Shown here one piece after another: positions 40,070 to 54,497 of a DNA stretch of 64,000 nucleotides. Both the position numbers and the translations under genes were made by a program. The notes below the pieces were generated by a model that was given only the letters and a program-made list of their open reading frames with translations, had not been told where the DNA came from and searched no databases. This DNA comes from Trichinella spiralis (Eukaryota): contig NW_003526943.1 in NCBI RefSeq assembly GCF_000181795.1, positions 3,486,609 to 3,550,608 on the forward strand, read 5' to 3'. The first letter of the stretch is position 1; every line of letters starts with the position of its first letter.

Positions 40070-43000
40070 ATGTATCGTTCACGAAGTGTTGAAAAAGCTG
40101 AACCGCGCAAAAGTGCTACTGTAAATGAGAAGAACAACGCAAATTTACTGAATCAGAAAAAGTAACTATTGTATAATGAGTTGGTTGAAATAATTTTCCT
40201 CCCTTCTTTATAGACAAAAGCATCACCGTTTGCATGAAGTGGAGAAAACTATCCAAATCAAAACTGCCCAAAATGATTCCACTTTCCTTAACAGTTACAA
40301 CAGAAAAAAGAGCAAATCAAACGTAAGTTGTATTGATCACAAGTTACACAGTGTTGTGCTTAAAATGTCGATTCAGGTGGAAAATTATTCAAATGCAAAA
40401 ATGCCATCCAACAAGCGAAAAGAGCACACCATCGACACTGTATGAAATACCTTTTTCCTGTTTAGAGGTAACTTTTATTATTAATATTATTAATTTTGTA
40501 TTCAATTACCAGGATGATAAATCAAAAGATGCTGAAATGAACAAAATACCAAGTGAAATAAATGAGGACAAAAGAAGAAATAAAGAGCAAAAATTTCATC
40601 AAAATATCCTGACATCATGGGAGAAAAATAAACAAGTTACCAAATCAAAAAGTCATGAATCTTCAAAAAAACTAAATAAGGTACATGAGTTGTTTCATAA
40701 TTTTTCGATGGCATGAATAATTTGTCTTTGACGTGAAATTCTGCAAGTGAAGTGAATTGCTTCTTTTCAGACAAATAAAATTGCAATTGAAAAACAAATG
40801 GAAAATGAGGAAAAGCTTGTCATTTTTGAAAAGGGGAACAATAATTTGCAATCGACAAATTTTCAACCACCAGTAGAGGATGAAGAGGAAAATTTTGAAG
40901 ACGACTTTGAAGAATACGAAGAAGACTTTGAAGAATATAAATCGGATACGGATGAAGAAAAGCAAAGCAGTTGTGGAATTGTTGAGCAAAACGAGGATAC
41001 TTTTGCCAGTTCTTCAGCGGCTCAGTCAGCAAAAACAACTGAAACTGATGTAAGTGACATGTCGTCAAAGAAATTCAGAGATATTTTAATTCTGTTTGCA
41101 GAGTTCACGCGTGAATGGTGTAATTGATTCTGGAAAGCGCCCCTCGATGGAAAAAGTGATAACCATTCCAAATCTACCAGATCCAGTGGGAATAGATTTC
41201 AGTCGCGCATCACTGGGCGAAAATCACTGGGAAGTTTATCAAGAGCTGTTGAATCGGTTTGAAGATTTGAAACCGCTAATCGAATTGGAAGCAGCAACAT
41301 ACAACATGATCGACATCCCTCCGTTGAGCGATTACGATCTGTTTTTAAGACGTGCAGGAAGAAGTGGAATTTTGCAAGTAGCGTGACAAAAGATTCAAAC
41401 AAAATATTATTAACAATAATAATAATTGCATTTTGAAGAAAGCGACTCAAACGAAAGATGACAACGTGGACCGTGAGATTGAAGTCATTCAGTCAATAGT
41501 AAAAGATAAACAAACTCAACATCCTGCAGAAAATAATTTTACATGCACAGGTAAATTCGCTAAGAAATGAAATATTCACGCGAAACTTACTTATCGCTTG
41601 ACTTTTAAAAAAATGTCAATTTTCAGAATATGAACTACAGTATATCAAAAATATAATCATGCACTATGCGCATTTTTTGAACGGTAGAATGAATTTTGCA
41701 AAAGAAATTTAGTTGAAAATCAATCCTGTTATTTTTTTGTAAAATAATTTATTAAATTAATATTAATTAATTATAAATTTTAATTCAATTTAATATATTT
41801 TACGATTTAATATTTCATTGAGAGGAAGGAATGTTGCAGTTGAATTGTATGACTTTTTAAATATCTTCTAAAATATACTTTAGAAATTAATTGAAAATAT
41901 TATGGCAGGATGGTTTTGATAACTGAACTTCAAAATATGTACTTTTCAAGGTTTTAGGTTGCGAAACAGATGATAATAATTTTATGGAGGATATGGATTT
42001 TTCCGAGTTGATAAAAAGAAACGATTTCGTTACTAATGCTGGCACTGCTTTGTTGCGAATTATTGAACTGAACAATAATCAAAATCCGCTCCTGCTCCAA
42101 TCTGCAGATGACAGTTTTAGTACAGGGAAAGCTTCATTCAATCTTGGATTGATTAGCCAAGGTGATTCATTTGATTTATTCCACCTGTTGTGTAAAAAAA
42201 GATGCGGAATAATTTCAACATGAAAAATAGTGATATTCTTTTCATTAGCATAATAATATTCTGTTAATTAATGTATGTAATAATTTTATAATTTGAATGG
42301 AATATTTTATAGAATGTCACGTCACTGCAGCTTGTTTTGATAAAAATGAAAGCTTCAATCGATTCGTGATATCATGTTTGATCAAAAAGTCGCCTCTGAA
42401 GCAGCTTCAAGATTGTGGAATTTCTGCTGTATGGAAATGCACTTGTTTCACTAAGCCTGAAAAGTTTGATTTTAAAAGACTATTTTTCCCATTCATCGCA
42501 TTTCTTTCCCTTTATCCACATTACGAACTGCTTTCAGATTACTGTTTAGCAACTGTGAAGCCAGTTGTTGTTGTTTTTTCACTGGACCATCAACAAGCAT
42601 TGTTTTTGCCGGATTGGTAAACAGTTTTGGTGAAATTATGAAAAATAAAAATGTCCATTTGATTATCATCACTGCTTTAGAAAGATGGTTCCGTAGTTGC
42701 ATGGGATTTATTCGAATCTGATTACTGGCATGATACTATACCGTGGAAAGAGGGTGAAGTAGAAATGAAAAAGCCTACTTATGATACTGGTATGGCAATC
42801 AAGAATGAATGATGATTGTGCACGAATTTATTAATTAATTATACGACTTGCAATTTAGCTCATTATTGCTGCAAGCAGGTAATCGAAAGCGGAACAGTAT
42901 TATCTTTGACAATTATTGGTGGATTTGAGTAAATTGATTTTGCAGTTATTATTATGTATTAGTACATTTTGTAAAATGAGATTATTTTAGAAATTCGAAA

Positions 43001-44064
43001 GAAGATTTGGAGGAATTTTCGTTTCAGTTGGCCAGCTTGCACCACTGTGTGGGAGTGTACTTGTGGTCAGTGATTCTCCGCCGAGGACGAAAAATCACTT
43101 CCGGTATTGGATCCTGCATGGATTTGGGTCTAGGTCCAGGCGGCTGCGTCATTCTCACACCTGCCAGGCGGATCTGCACAACACCGGCCCTGTGCTTACT
43201 TTTCACAAGTGACCATTTTGGTCGATTTACATTAGCCGGCAGTGATGGCCACTTGATCGACGTTCCACTTTTTGCGGATACAACAAAAATCACTACTTAC
43301 AGGCTTACTTATGGTAATAATTTGAAAACAAACAGCACTAATACACTCATTTATTTGTATGTAGACAAATCTGTTTGTTATTTTCAGAAAAATGTAAAAT
43401 TTTGTGTCTCGATTTGTCTCCATTTGATTCGAATATATTTTTGGTAAGATTTGAAAAATTGAAAAATGTTGAAACATGCGAATTTATTTTCCAAAGGCCG
43501 GTTCCGCGTTTGGAACAATTCACATATACAGCCGACGTTCCAGACAATCTTTGGTAAGCATCCAAGCAATGGACGAAAACGGACGTCGACCTGCGACATT
43601 TGTCCAGTGGTCACCGAAGAATCCGTTGATTTTTTACAGTATCCACGCCCACAGTTCATTGGTGATTTGGAAAAAATTGAATGACCAGCAACGGTGGAAT
43701 TCCGTTTCCATCAATTTACGGGATCGGTAAAGAAAGGGTTGTTGAATGAAAATTTTCTCAACATCGTTTGATATATCTAGTGTTTGCACATTTTCAATCA
43801 CTGCTCGAGTTGTACAAGTTGAGGAGAAAATTCCGAAGAAGAATGAAGTTTATGCGGTGTGTGGTGGAATTTTTCAGTTGCTGAATGTAAATTTTATTTA
43901 AAAAAAGTTCTTTAAATTTTCAGTTGATCGGTTTTGCCAGTGGAACATCAGAACTTCATCGAATTGAAGAAGAATCACCGCCGCATGCATCAGGAGAAAA
44001 TGTTGAAAATTCACTGGAAAGTTATTACTGTGAAAAAGGAGAATATTCACTCACTTTTGCATGA
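40070..44064 (+). CDS. WDR60: Dynein-2 intermediate chain WDR60/DYNC2I1, multi-exon
   Basis: Acidic EDDFEEYEEDFEEY tract; IDIPPLSDYDLFLRRAG...TQTKDDNVDREIE...QTQHP; SFQLASL...LWSV...DLGLGPGGCV; VQWSPKNPLIF. These match recalled WDR60 motifs in order. Confidence 0.85.
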
Positions 44065-44241
44065 CATGCATATATATATTTCACTTACACCTCTTCTTGC
44101 CTGTACAAATATTTTACAGTAAAACTTTCGTTTACGCTAAAATAATCGTAATGTTAATTATTTATTTAAATTTAAAACTGAAACTACTGAGAATCAAAGT
44201 AATAAGTAAAGTTCTTTTTCTCTTGATACAAAACAAAAAGT

Positions 44242-46331
44242 TCAAAATTCCATCTGCGACTGCTCGCGCTGTGGAACATCTTCCTTCGGTAAGCTGTTGA
44301 CAAATCGCTCGAATACTTGCACATACTGTTTCAGCGTAGTGCGATTGTAATCTGAATAAAATTTTCAAATCGAGCAAATGATCATATTACAATTATTACA
44401 TAATGGTTTATCATGGTTTCTTTACCCAGTGGTTTCCTGTTTTTCTTTTCATTGTCGATGTTGTTTTCTTCACCAGCATCATTTTCAGACAACTCTTTCA
44501 GCAAATCACTAGAATATTAAAAAATAATTCAAAATTGTCAGCAACAAAAAAAAGGAATAAAATAGCCCAATTGTACTCTATTGCCGGCACGGAAGTCGGG
44601 TCGAACTCGTCAACTTTTTCCAAATCAATCGGTACGCAGACCTTTCCTGTAAAATAATGAAAAAAAAATATTTTCATAAAATTGCATATTAAAACAAACA
44701 AGCAATCTTAAAAGATTGTGATCAAATTTTCAAAGTTCGACGGAGAAAGAAAATCAACTCACCGGTCTTGGGATGAATGCAAAATGGACTTTTCAAAAGA
44801 TGGTTGATTCCTTTGGAGACATTCATATCCAAGCGTGGATAAATGTATTGAAGCAAAATCTCGCTAACGGCAAATCGACAATTATCAGGAATCTAAATCA
44901 GAATAGCAAAATTACCATAAAAGTAGTAGTGTCAGTTGTTGTTCAAAAAATTTTACATGCGGTTTAGAAAGGGCCATTTTTATTGCTTGCCAACGTTCTT
45001 CAGCAGTGTCGACTTTTTCGAAAATACTCTCCAAGGCGTCGGCAATAGCTGAAAAGTTTGAATTGAATTGAAATATTATTCATCATCAAATTCACAGAAT
45101 CAAAAATGAATAAATCATATCAAAATAAAGTGAAATAGTTGATTTGTTGATATTATTGAATTTACTTTTATCAGGAATTAATTTTAGCATAGCTTCCCAG
45201 CTTTCCTGCGAATCCAGCCAACTGTATTCTTTCAGGAGAACGGGGAAAATGTTACTGGCAACAACCAAACCCCTTTGAATAACCGGATGCAGAACACTTT
45301 CATCATTGAGAAACACTTTTTTCTTCTGCCCTTCACCACCCTGAATTGAAAAAAAAACAAAAATGAAACATTAAAAATTTACACCAACAATCGTTTAAGA
45401 TACCATAACCACCGAGATATATTCCGCCACTGCCGACCTTTCTTCATTGTTCATATTCCGAGCTTCCTTATCGGCAACCCAACAATGCACGCCTCTTCTC
45501 CCCGAATAAACCCAAAGACGATGTTCAAATCCAAAATCATCTAAAATTTAATTTAAAAAAGCACAATACATTTCAAAATTTAAAAAAAAGCAAAGAAAAT
45601 GCCCACCCAACAATATCGGATCAATCACTTTGATCGCAGCCACAATAAAGTGCCAGCAAATTTTACAAATGCTTCCACCTCTGAAAATAATTAAATTACA
45701 TTAAAAATACTATTTTTTCATAAATAAAACAAACTTGCAACATTCTCGAATTTCATCATAGTCAGATAGATCAATGTCAAAAACCATCTCTTTCTCAACA
45801 GGCAAAAACGTCTCTGAATTCTGCTTGCACTTCGGCTAAAAATGGGATCATGTTCTTGATCGATCAGTACAACGATACAATGCATAATAAATTTAAATAT
45901 GCTAAAGTCAACTCTTGAAAAGCAATGTTTACTTCAACATTGTAAACAGCGCCAATGTCAATTTTTTCAGGTACAGATGATATCACCTCTTTCTCAAAGT
46001 AGGATCCATTATCGAAACTTTTATAACGAAGATAGATGCTACCTTTCAAAATAAAAGCAAATTCTCTTCTTCTGAAATAATCATCAGATCCTGAAATGAA
46101 ATGAAATTCAACTAAACAAGCTTGCTAATACAAGAATAGAAGAAATTTCATCAATCTAATTAATTAATTAATTTTAAGCAAACAAAAAATGTCCCTATGG
46201 TAGAGAAACTCACCGTATCGCAACCATTTGATGTACGGCTTAAATGGGAACAATTTTCTATAATACAATGGAAGCATTCCATGTAGATATGATTCTTCAA
46301 ATTCTTCTGCAGCCTTCTCTGTCGACATCAT
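44242..46331 (-). CDS. PRIM1: DNA primase small subunit, multi-exon
   Basis: [82 protein letters not shown]. Confidence 0.95.
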
Positions 46332-46671
46332 CGAGAAACAAATCTATATATATATGCTTAATTTCATTAACAAATGATATTCGAATGAAACTATTATCCA
46401 AAACAAAATATACATATACACGTATAACATGTATATTTGCAGAATAGACTACATGTGAATAAAAAAGAACTGATCGCATTTATTGGCACCGACTAAAACA
46501 ACTCTCATCACCTGAAACAGATTTAAAATTGTCCAAATCAAAGAGGTAAAACTAAAAGAATGGAATAGATATTATTCCAATTAAAAAACTATGAATAATC
46601 AGAACGGATGTGCTGCTTTCTTTTTGATCAAATTTCAAATAAAAGACAAACAAACACCGGAATTAGCACAA

Positions 46672-49520
46672 TTAACGCCATGGTGGAAGGAAATAACCTT
46701 TCGTGGTCTGCTTCACTTGAATATCATTACTGAAAGAGAAAATTGTTAATAACTGAATATTAAAAATTTTCTTTTTCAAATTTTCTCTACCCGTCAACAA
46801 CATTTGTTGCAGTAATGATTCTTGGATTCGCAGGTGCGATTGTAGTGGCTAAAAGTGAAATATGAACTTAACATACAAAAAGAATTGAAATCAATCACTA
46901 AAATGATGAAACAATTACTCCTGGCAGCTGCTATTCGCTCTTGTTCAGTGACAGGCAAATACTGTTTCCAATATTGCTGCGGTAATGAAAGCAAAAGCTG
47001 CATCACCTGCAATGAATGAAACAAAAAGTATATTTTTTAAATAAATAAAAGTAAAACAAAAAAAAGAAATTAAAATACCAATTCACTCTTCGAACTGTCG
47101 TCAATCATCTGCGTCACGTTTTGTGCCTGCTGATCAGAAAACCCAAGAACAGTAGGACCGAAAATTTTCGCCAAATTTGTTTTGGGCATTTTATTGAACG
47201 CGCTCGCACCGGCAACTCTAAATTCCACATTAAATGCTAATCAAACGGTGATAAATTGGCAATAAATTGAGAAAAAGAAAAAAATACCTCTGCAAATGCA
47301 TGACAAGAAAGCAGAGAGTATCACGATTTGGGTATGGTAGCTCCTTGATAGCTTGATGGACGTGATCCATTTTCTTCAGCTCATCAACCTCCATCGCTGC
47401 GCTGATGAAATCCTGTCTCGAAGTGAGTGGTATGAGCGGTTCCTTGAGCTGTTGGAAGAACTTCTTCAAGCAACCGGTCAACACGTTGATGTCATCAATT
47501 ATTTTCTGAAACAGAAAATTTAAATTTAGTGAATAGCTGTGAAACAACAACAAATAGCTGATTTGGATGAAATGGATTTTGTAAATGAATGATTACCAAA
47601 TTTGGAACACCTTTTCCACCGAGAAATTTTGCCAGCAAATCCAAAATGTGTGTTTCGGTGCTTGAAAGAGAAATGTGTAAAACTGGACAGAAGAAAATAC
47701 GCACAACAATGCAACAACGTACCCTGGAACACGATACAGACCGACCACATCAACGCCGCGTCGTTCGATTTCATCTATGCAATGAACGACAATATGTGGA
47801 ATGAACGGTGCTTGTGGTGGAACATAGTCACAGAGCTTTCTATAAGCATGTCGGCCCATCGGTGTTCGAGCAACGCAAAGTCCAACTGCACCTATTCGAC
47901 ATTCTTGATGACACTGAGTTTTGCATTCTGAAGCAGCAACAATAGCGATAAAATATTGAAATATTTTCTCTATGCTTCAATTACTGTTGCAACGTAAAAT
48001 CAATTTTCCAAAAGTAACTCTTTTTTCACAAACATCACAATATTCAGGTTTGAGAACTGTTTTTGATGTGAAAAAGTGCGTTCGACTTGGTATTGAATCA
48101 ACTGTAGGTGTGTTCGATGTTACCGCAGTTCTGTAAAATAAAACAATATTTAAAACATTTAATAAATCAAATAATAATAATAATAATAATAATAGTACTT
48201 TGCTAATGTTGGTTGACTTTTCAACAAGACGGGATTCATCACTTGCAATGTTGACATGGGCAAGTTTCGCAGTTCCATTAAATACGGTTCGGAGATGCTC
48301 TTGTTCATCGACTGCCTGTATCCAACGCGCTTCGCCTCAGGAATATTCAAAGTGCTTTTCATCGGACACTTTTCAGATTCCTATCACATCACATAACATA
48401 ACAGCAACATGACGGAAAAAGTATAATTTAAATACAATGAAGCCAATCTCCAGATCATCTTTGGAACGTTTTGGAGAATTGTGCATCTGCAACTCATCAT
48501 CATCGTTGTCAACGGTCATTTCCCTGCCAACGCTTCGACTGCGCTTACGATCCAAATTTTGCGTTCTGAAAATTTTGCCATGAAAATGAGCAAAGAAAAT
48601 CAATCTTCAAGCCACGGTTCACCGAACAACACGACCAGGCTTCTTCTGGTCCAAACTATCATCATCCGTGTGATCATAGTCGATTCCCGTCTCCGACGGG
48701 GCAGATTCCACGCTCCGCTCTTCAACGCTTCAACAGGAAAAAGAAATTATCAATTTCAACGTTGACATTAAATTGCTTCAAATATTTAAAATAAATTTTA
48801 AAAAGTGCACAGGGAATCCTACCTCGATTTTACAGTAAGAAATTCCAATTTTTTACGGCTTTTTTCTGGAATATAACTTCCGTCATCACGCAGCATACGT
48901 CGAACTAATTCAATTTGATCATCCTCAAAGGAAAATAAGACAAACATTAAATACAAACAAACAAACAAACAAACAAATTGTCATCAACTTGCCAGTATTT
49001 GCTTTTCCGAAGCTAAAGCCTGCTTGCTCGCGACAAGGGCCGCTAGCTGTGAACTATAAAAGAAAAGAAAGAAAGAAAATCGTCGGCTTTTTCAACGTGT
49101 GTGAACAAGAATAAATTGCGTTGTAAATTTGATTTTACAACATTTTCAATAGCAGCTAATTTGAAAACGGCTTTTGGATAAAAATCAAGAAAAAATGAAC
49201 ACGATGTTGAAAGTGAAAATTACCGCGCTTCGATCAATTCAGCTTTCAGCTCTTTCACTTTCGTTCTCTGCTTTTCGGCTTCTTGTTCGTATTGTTTGTT
49301 CAATTTGGACAACGATTCATTTTCGTGCTGTATGAAACACCAATGGGATATCACATCTTCGGTAAACTGTGCAAAAAGCACCACATCTTCGAAAAGGAAA
49401 TTTTTATTATAATTCAATCACAAGTACAAGCCAAATCGCTCGCTCACTCTGCTCCAAAAGCTGCAAAAAGTTATTCTTCCCGGTGTTCAGTTCCACGTAA
49501 TATTTGACTATTTTTTCCAT
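46672..49520 (-). CDS. RACGAP1: Rac GTPase-activating protein 1 / CYK-4, paralog A
   Basis: N-terminal coiled coil, C1 domain (HFFTSKTVLKPEYCDVCEKRVTFGK...CHQEC) and RhoGAP domain (VVHCIDEIERRGVDVVGLYRVPG, LPYPNRDTLCFLVMHLQR, NKMPKTNLAKIFGPTVLG). Ends YFLPPWR*. Confidence 0.92.
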
Positions 49521-50484
49521 ATTTCACGGTGTTGAAAAAATCTAGAAACAAATTACTGAAAGAGCAGTTTTCGAAAAGTTAATTAATCGATTTAAAATTT
49601 TCATCAAGTTTCACACCAACGTAGACTATTTTACCGCCAAATATAAAATTGTTTCTGCGTTCAAAATGCAACAAATGTGAAATGGTCGACGAGAGAAAAG
49701 ATAAGACGAAATTTCCTGCCTGCAACACTGCGAAATAGGACAATCTGATAACCTACTTTAATTTTAAAAGTAAAGTAATACAAATTGCTTAATGAAATGC
49801 AGGTAAAACTCATTCAAATTCTGATTGCAGAATTTCAATTTTCATTATTCAATCATTCATTTATTGGTGACAAATAATCTTGCAAATAATCACTCTTAAA
49901 CAACACTTATCTATTGGAATGTATAAATTTTATTTTAAGCAAAATTAAATTTATCTTCCGGCTGTCATTAATGAATAGAAATTCCACATATATAATGCTT
50001 GATAATATTATGAAAAAAAAGTAATTATAATGAGAAAAATATTATTTATTATTATTTTAATAATATTTTTAATTTTAAATAGCAAACTTTATCAAAAAAA
50101 ACAGCATACCATCGTACTGTTTATTCATTGTAAAGAATATTTTCATTTCAAAAAATTTTCAAAATATTCACATAACTTTATTTGAATTTCAAACGGAGAA
50201 TTCACGTCAAATGTAAATTATTAAATAATATTTTCATTACATCCACGCTTCTTGATTTTAATAAAATTTTGCAAAATCACTTAAACCTGCCAGTGCACTT
50301 CAATTTATTGAAACGTTTGAAAATATTAACAATATAAATTAAATAATAAATTTCGTATAACATTACCATAACATACAAAAATGAGTAATGGAGTAAAATC
50401 ATTTTAAAAGTAAACATGTATTCTATAACAATGCCAAGAATATAAATTATGGAAAATTGTGAATTGTGCTTAAAAGTGTACATA

Positions 50485-53400
50485 TCAACGCCAAGGGGGA
50501 TAATAATCTTTTTTCATCATTCCTGTTTGCCTGGATCGCAAGCCATTCCTGAAAAAAGATCACATCAACTGTAGTGCAACACTAATTAACCGACGCTGAT
50601 AAATAAAGGACATACCCAGGAGTAGCGCCGGATGTGATTCTATTGCTATCAAATCTTCCTCCAGCATCTGCGAAAAAACAAATAAATAAATATTTATATA
50701 CAACTTTAATAATAGAAAGAGTAACGTAAAGCAGATTTAATGCATTTAAATTTATAATTGAAAAAATTATTCAATCTAATAAATTCAATTGGATTACTTG
50801 TTGCTGGCATTGCTGAACGTTCAACGGGTGATGAAGAACGCAACGGTTGACCTTGACTCACAGGCAAAAATTGCATCCAATAACCATAAGGGACAGAAAG
50901 TAAAATTAGCATAACCTAAGAAATAAAATAAAAAACCGTTTAAAACTGTTTAAAATAAAATTTTAAAAAAATGCAACTTTTTCAGCTTTGCTAGCATCGT
51001 CCAACATTCGCGCCACATTTTGGTCGCACTGATCCGAGACACCAAGAACAGTTGGACCGAATATTTTCGCCAAATTTTCAGCCGGCATTTTATTACTCGC
51101 ACTTGCTTCGGCAACTCTACATATAACAAACAAACAAACAATCAATCAAAAATGAATACAAATTTTCGACTACGGTGTCATGCTCTAATCCCAAAGCTAA
51201 CCTTTGCAAATGCATAATTAAAAAGCACAAAGTGTCACGATTCGGATAAGGCAATTCCATGACTGCACTGTGAACGCGTTTCATTTGCATCAAAAAGTCA
51301 GTTTCCAAAACAGCCGCATTAATGAAATCTTGCTTCGATGTAAGTGGAATCAGTGGCTCTTTGAGTTGGTGAAAAAATCTTTTCAAACATCCGGTCAACA
51401 CGTTGATATCATCAATCACTTTCTTCAAAATCGTCGAAATATTTTACATTAAAATTACAAAAATATGAATAAAATCAAATAAACGTTTTACCAAATTTGG
51501 AACACCTCTATCGCTGAGAAATTTAGCCAATAGATCGGCAATTTTCGTCTCCGTGCTTACAAAAGAATAGAAAATTATAACAGTACAATACAATACAATA
51601 CAATACAATACAATAATTGAATAATTTCCTTTACCCAGGAACACGATAAAGCCCAACCGCATCAATGCCACGCCGTTCAATTTCATTTACGCAATGGACC
51701 ACAACATGAGGAATGAACGGTCCTTGGGGAGGAACGTAATCGCTCAGTTTTCCATGGGCACGTCGAGCCATTGGTGTCCGTGCGATGCAGGGCACAACCG
51801 CACCCATTCGACATTCTTGATGGCATTGAGTTTTGCAATCTTAAAAAAAAAGATTAAAATAAAAAAAAAAAATTTTCCCCTCCCATCAAATTTGCAAACC
51901 ATTGCAACGCAATATTAATTTTCCAAAAACGATTCGCTTTGCGCAGACGTCGCAATTTTCAGGTTTCAAAACCGTCTTGGTTGCAAAAAAATGTCTCCTA
52001 GAGGGAATTGAATCCCCGGTTGGTGTCTTCGGTGTTGTTGGGGTTCTTTGTGAATAGAACAAAAAAAAGCAATTACCAAGTTGTTTAAGCTTTCGAACAA
52101 AAGGTCATACTGTCCCAAAGTTGGTTGACTTTTAAGCAGATTTGGATGAACAGCGCTCAAGGTCGGTGTGAACTCCAACAAATGAGGCTCAGAAGCACTT
52201 TTGTTCATCGACAACCGCCTAGTGGTAGTTGTCTTCACTTCCGGCATCCCAGAAATCACGCTGCACGGTACTGTAAGTGTGGTCTTGGTGATGATTGTAG
52301 CCGGTTTCTGAATTGAATTTGAAAATTTCTGAAAATGCAACAAAATATTAAAAATTTAAACATACCGCACGATCAATTTGCAAGTCATCTTTGGATCGCT
52401 TTTTGCACAGATATTGATCCTCTTCTTCAAGTGGAGGAGCACTGGGCTCAACGCGACCGGCGCTACGACTCCGTTTGCGTTCCAAATTAATGCTAGTCTT
52501 TCGACCAGGTCTGAAAATACTACTATCCTTCAGCAAAGAAAATCCTCTAATTGATGAGAAAAATGAAATTTACCTGGAAGTTGGTAAAAAAGTCACTTTA
52601 CGATCTAAACTGTCGTCAGTTTGATCATAGTCGATTCCAGTGGTCGATGCAATGGAACCTTGCTCATCAGTGCTGCTTAAACAAAAATTACAAACAATCA
52701 ATCCCAGTTACATAATTATCAACAAAATATATTTCAAAAAAAATACAGAACTTTCGAAAAATCAAATTTGCATTCAGTAAAAATGTGAAACTGTCCAATG
52801 TGATACACTTAACTAGCAAAGTAAAACTAAAATAAAAAGTGAACGGTTAAACATCGTTACCATTTTGTATTTTCGTATCGTGATTTTTCTGTCAAAAATT
52901 GAAGCCTTTTTCGACTTTGCTCTGGAATTGCGTTTTCATCATCTTTAAGCATTTCGCGAACTAATTCAATTTGATCTTCCTAAACATCCAACGTTGCCTA
53001 CATCTGGTTACAATAATAAAACAATATCTACAAAACAGCCTACCAAGCACTGCTTTTCAGAAACCAACGCTTGTTTGCCAGCCATCAAAGCTGCAATCTG
53101 TGATCTAAAGAAAATCGAATTATTTCCCATGTTCATAAACTCAAACATAATTAAACGAATATTTTCCAAATTCCGTATAAAACAGCGCTGTTTAGCCTTG
53201 TCAAATTCAAAAGACAAATGTAAAGAAAACATGCACTACCGTGCTTCCATCAATTCTGCTTTCAGTTCTTTCACTTTTTTTCTATTGCCTTCCACCTCTT
53301 GTTCGTAACGCCGATTTAAGCTCAGCAAAGAATTGTTTTCTTCTTCAATAGAATGCCAGCGGCAGATGATGTTTTCAGTAAACTGAATGAATGGCAGTAC

Positions 53401-53543
53401 ATCTCAAATTATACAATAAGTCGACTTAAAATAAATAAAAAGCTGACATGCCACAGACACATTTCCTTACTTTGTTCCAAATTTTCAAAGACCAGCTTGT
53501 TTTCGTCGTTTATCTTCATGTAAAAATTGGATAACTTGTCCAT
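50485..53543 (-). CDS. RACGAP1: Rac GTPase-activating protein 1 / CYK-4, paralog B
   Basis: Same architecture and exon layout: C1 (LKPENCDVCAKRIVFGK...CHQEC) and GAP (VVHCVNEIERRGIDAVGLYRVPG, LPYPNRDTLCFLIMHLQR, NKMPAENLAKIFGPTVLG). Ends YYPPWR*. Confidence 0.92.
51585..51615. repeat. (CAATA)n intronic microsatellite
   Basis: acaatacaatacaatacaatacaatacaata read directly. Similar (AAT)n at ~48172 and (AAAC)n at ~48953. Confidence 0.9.
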
Positions 53544-54497
53544 TGCACTGCGATTCAATTTGTCAGAAAAATGAATTTCAGTCTAGCTAAAGTCGAAAAA
53601 AATTATCAATTTTAACTGAAACAGAATTTACAAATGTGAACAATAATCGAAAGTTCAGATCATGCTTACTATACTGAATGAATTGTGCAATGAGAACTAA
53701 GTGCAAGTGTTGCAAAGCTAAGTGCAAAAGCAAAAAAGAAATGGCCAAATTGGGCAGAACAATAAGTTACAATAAACCAACATGTCAAAACGTGTCTGGG
53801 GTACTGGAACAAAACAAAAAGCATTATTAATTAATAAGTAGGTCAAGACATGAAATTCGAAAATAAACCAAAATGACAAACATGGTGCAAATATATATTA
53901 TTTGAATATACAAAATATAGCGTAAAAATCACAACACCGAAGGTAGATAGCGTTGGGGATAGAAAATCATTTTTGAATTTTAAAAAAATGTAGGACTACC
54001 GTAATATTGATTATCAAGTGTAATTAATGCATGACATAAAAATTTAATATTTTAGTATAAAGTTACATAAATGATTTTAGAAAATTTTTTAAAAATATTT
54101 ATAAATAATTTACTCAAGTTTTATTATTTTCATTTTTTTATTTCTTCAAAATATGACTAGTCCAGCAACTATTCGTGCAAAATTTTTCTTAAATCTTATG
54201 TAATATGCATTTCATGCGATGCTGCTGCAGAAATAGAAAAGGAAAATAATTAATTATAATTTTGTACAAATTATACTTTCAAATATGCACGTGTTTCCAA
54301 ATTATCATAAATATTAACAACTTCATCACTATAAAAAAACATTGAAAGCACAAAAAACAGAATATAGTGTTTATTTGTATATGTCGACAAAAATCACCGC
54401 TGTGATCATGTTGCACAAGATGACATTTTTCAAAAATCAAATAATTTACAGACTTTTTTATTTCAAAAAATTTTCTATCACAATACATTTTTCATTG

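Noticed and set aside
46672..53543. CYK-4 duplication as a haplotype assembly artefact
   Set aside because: The copies differ extensively in protein sequence and introns, far beyond allelic divergence.
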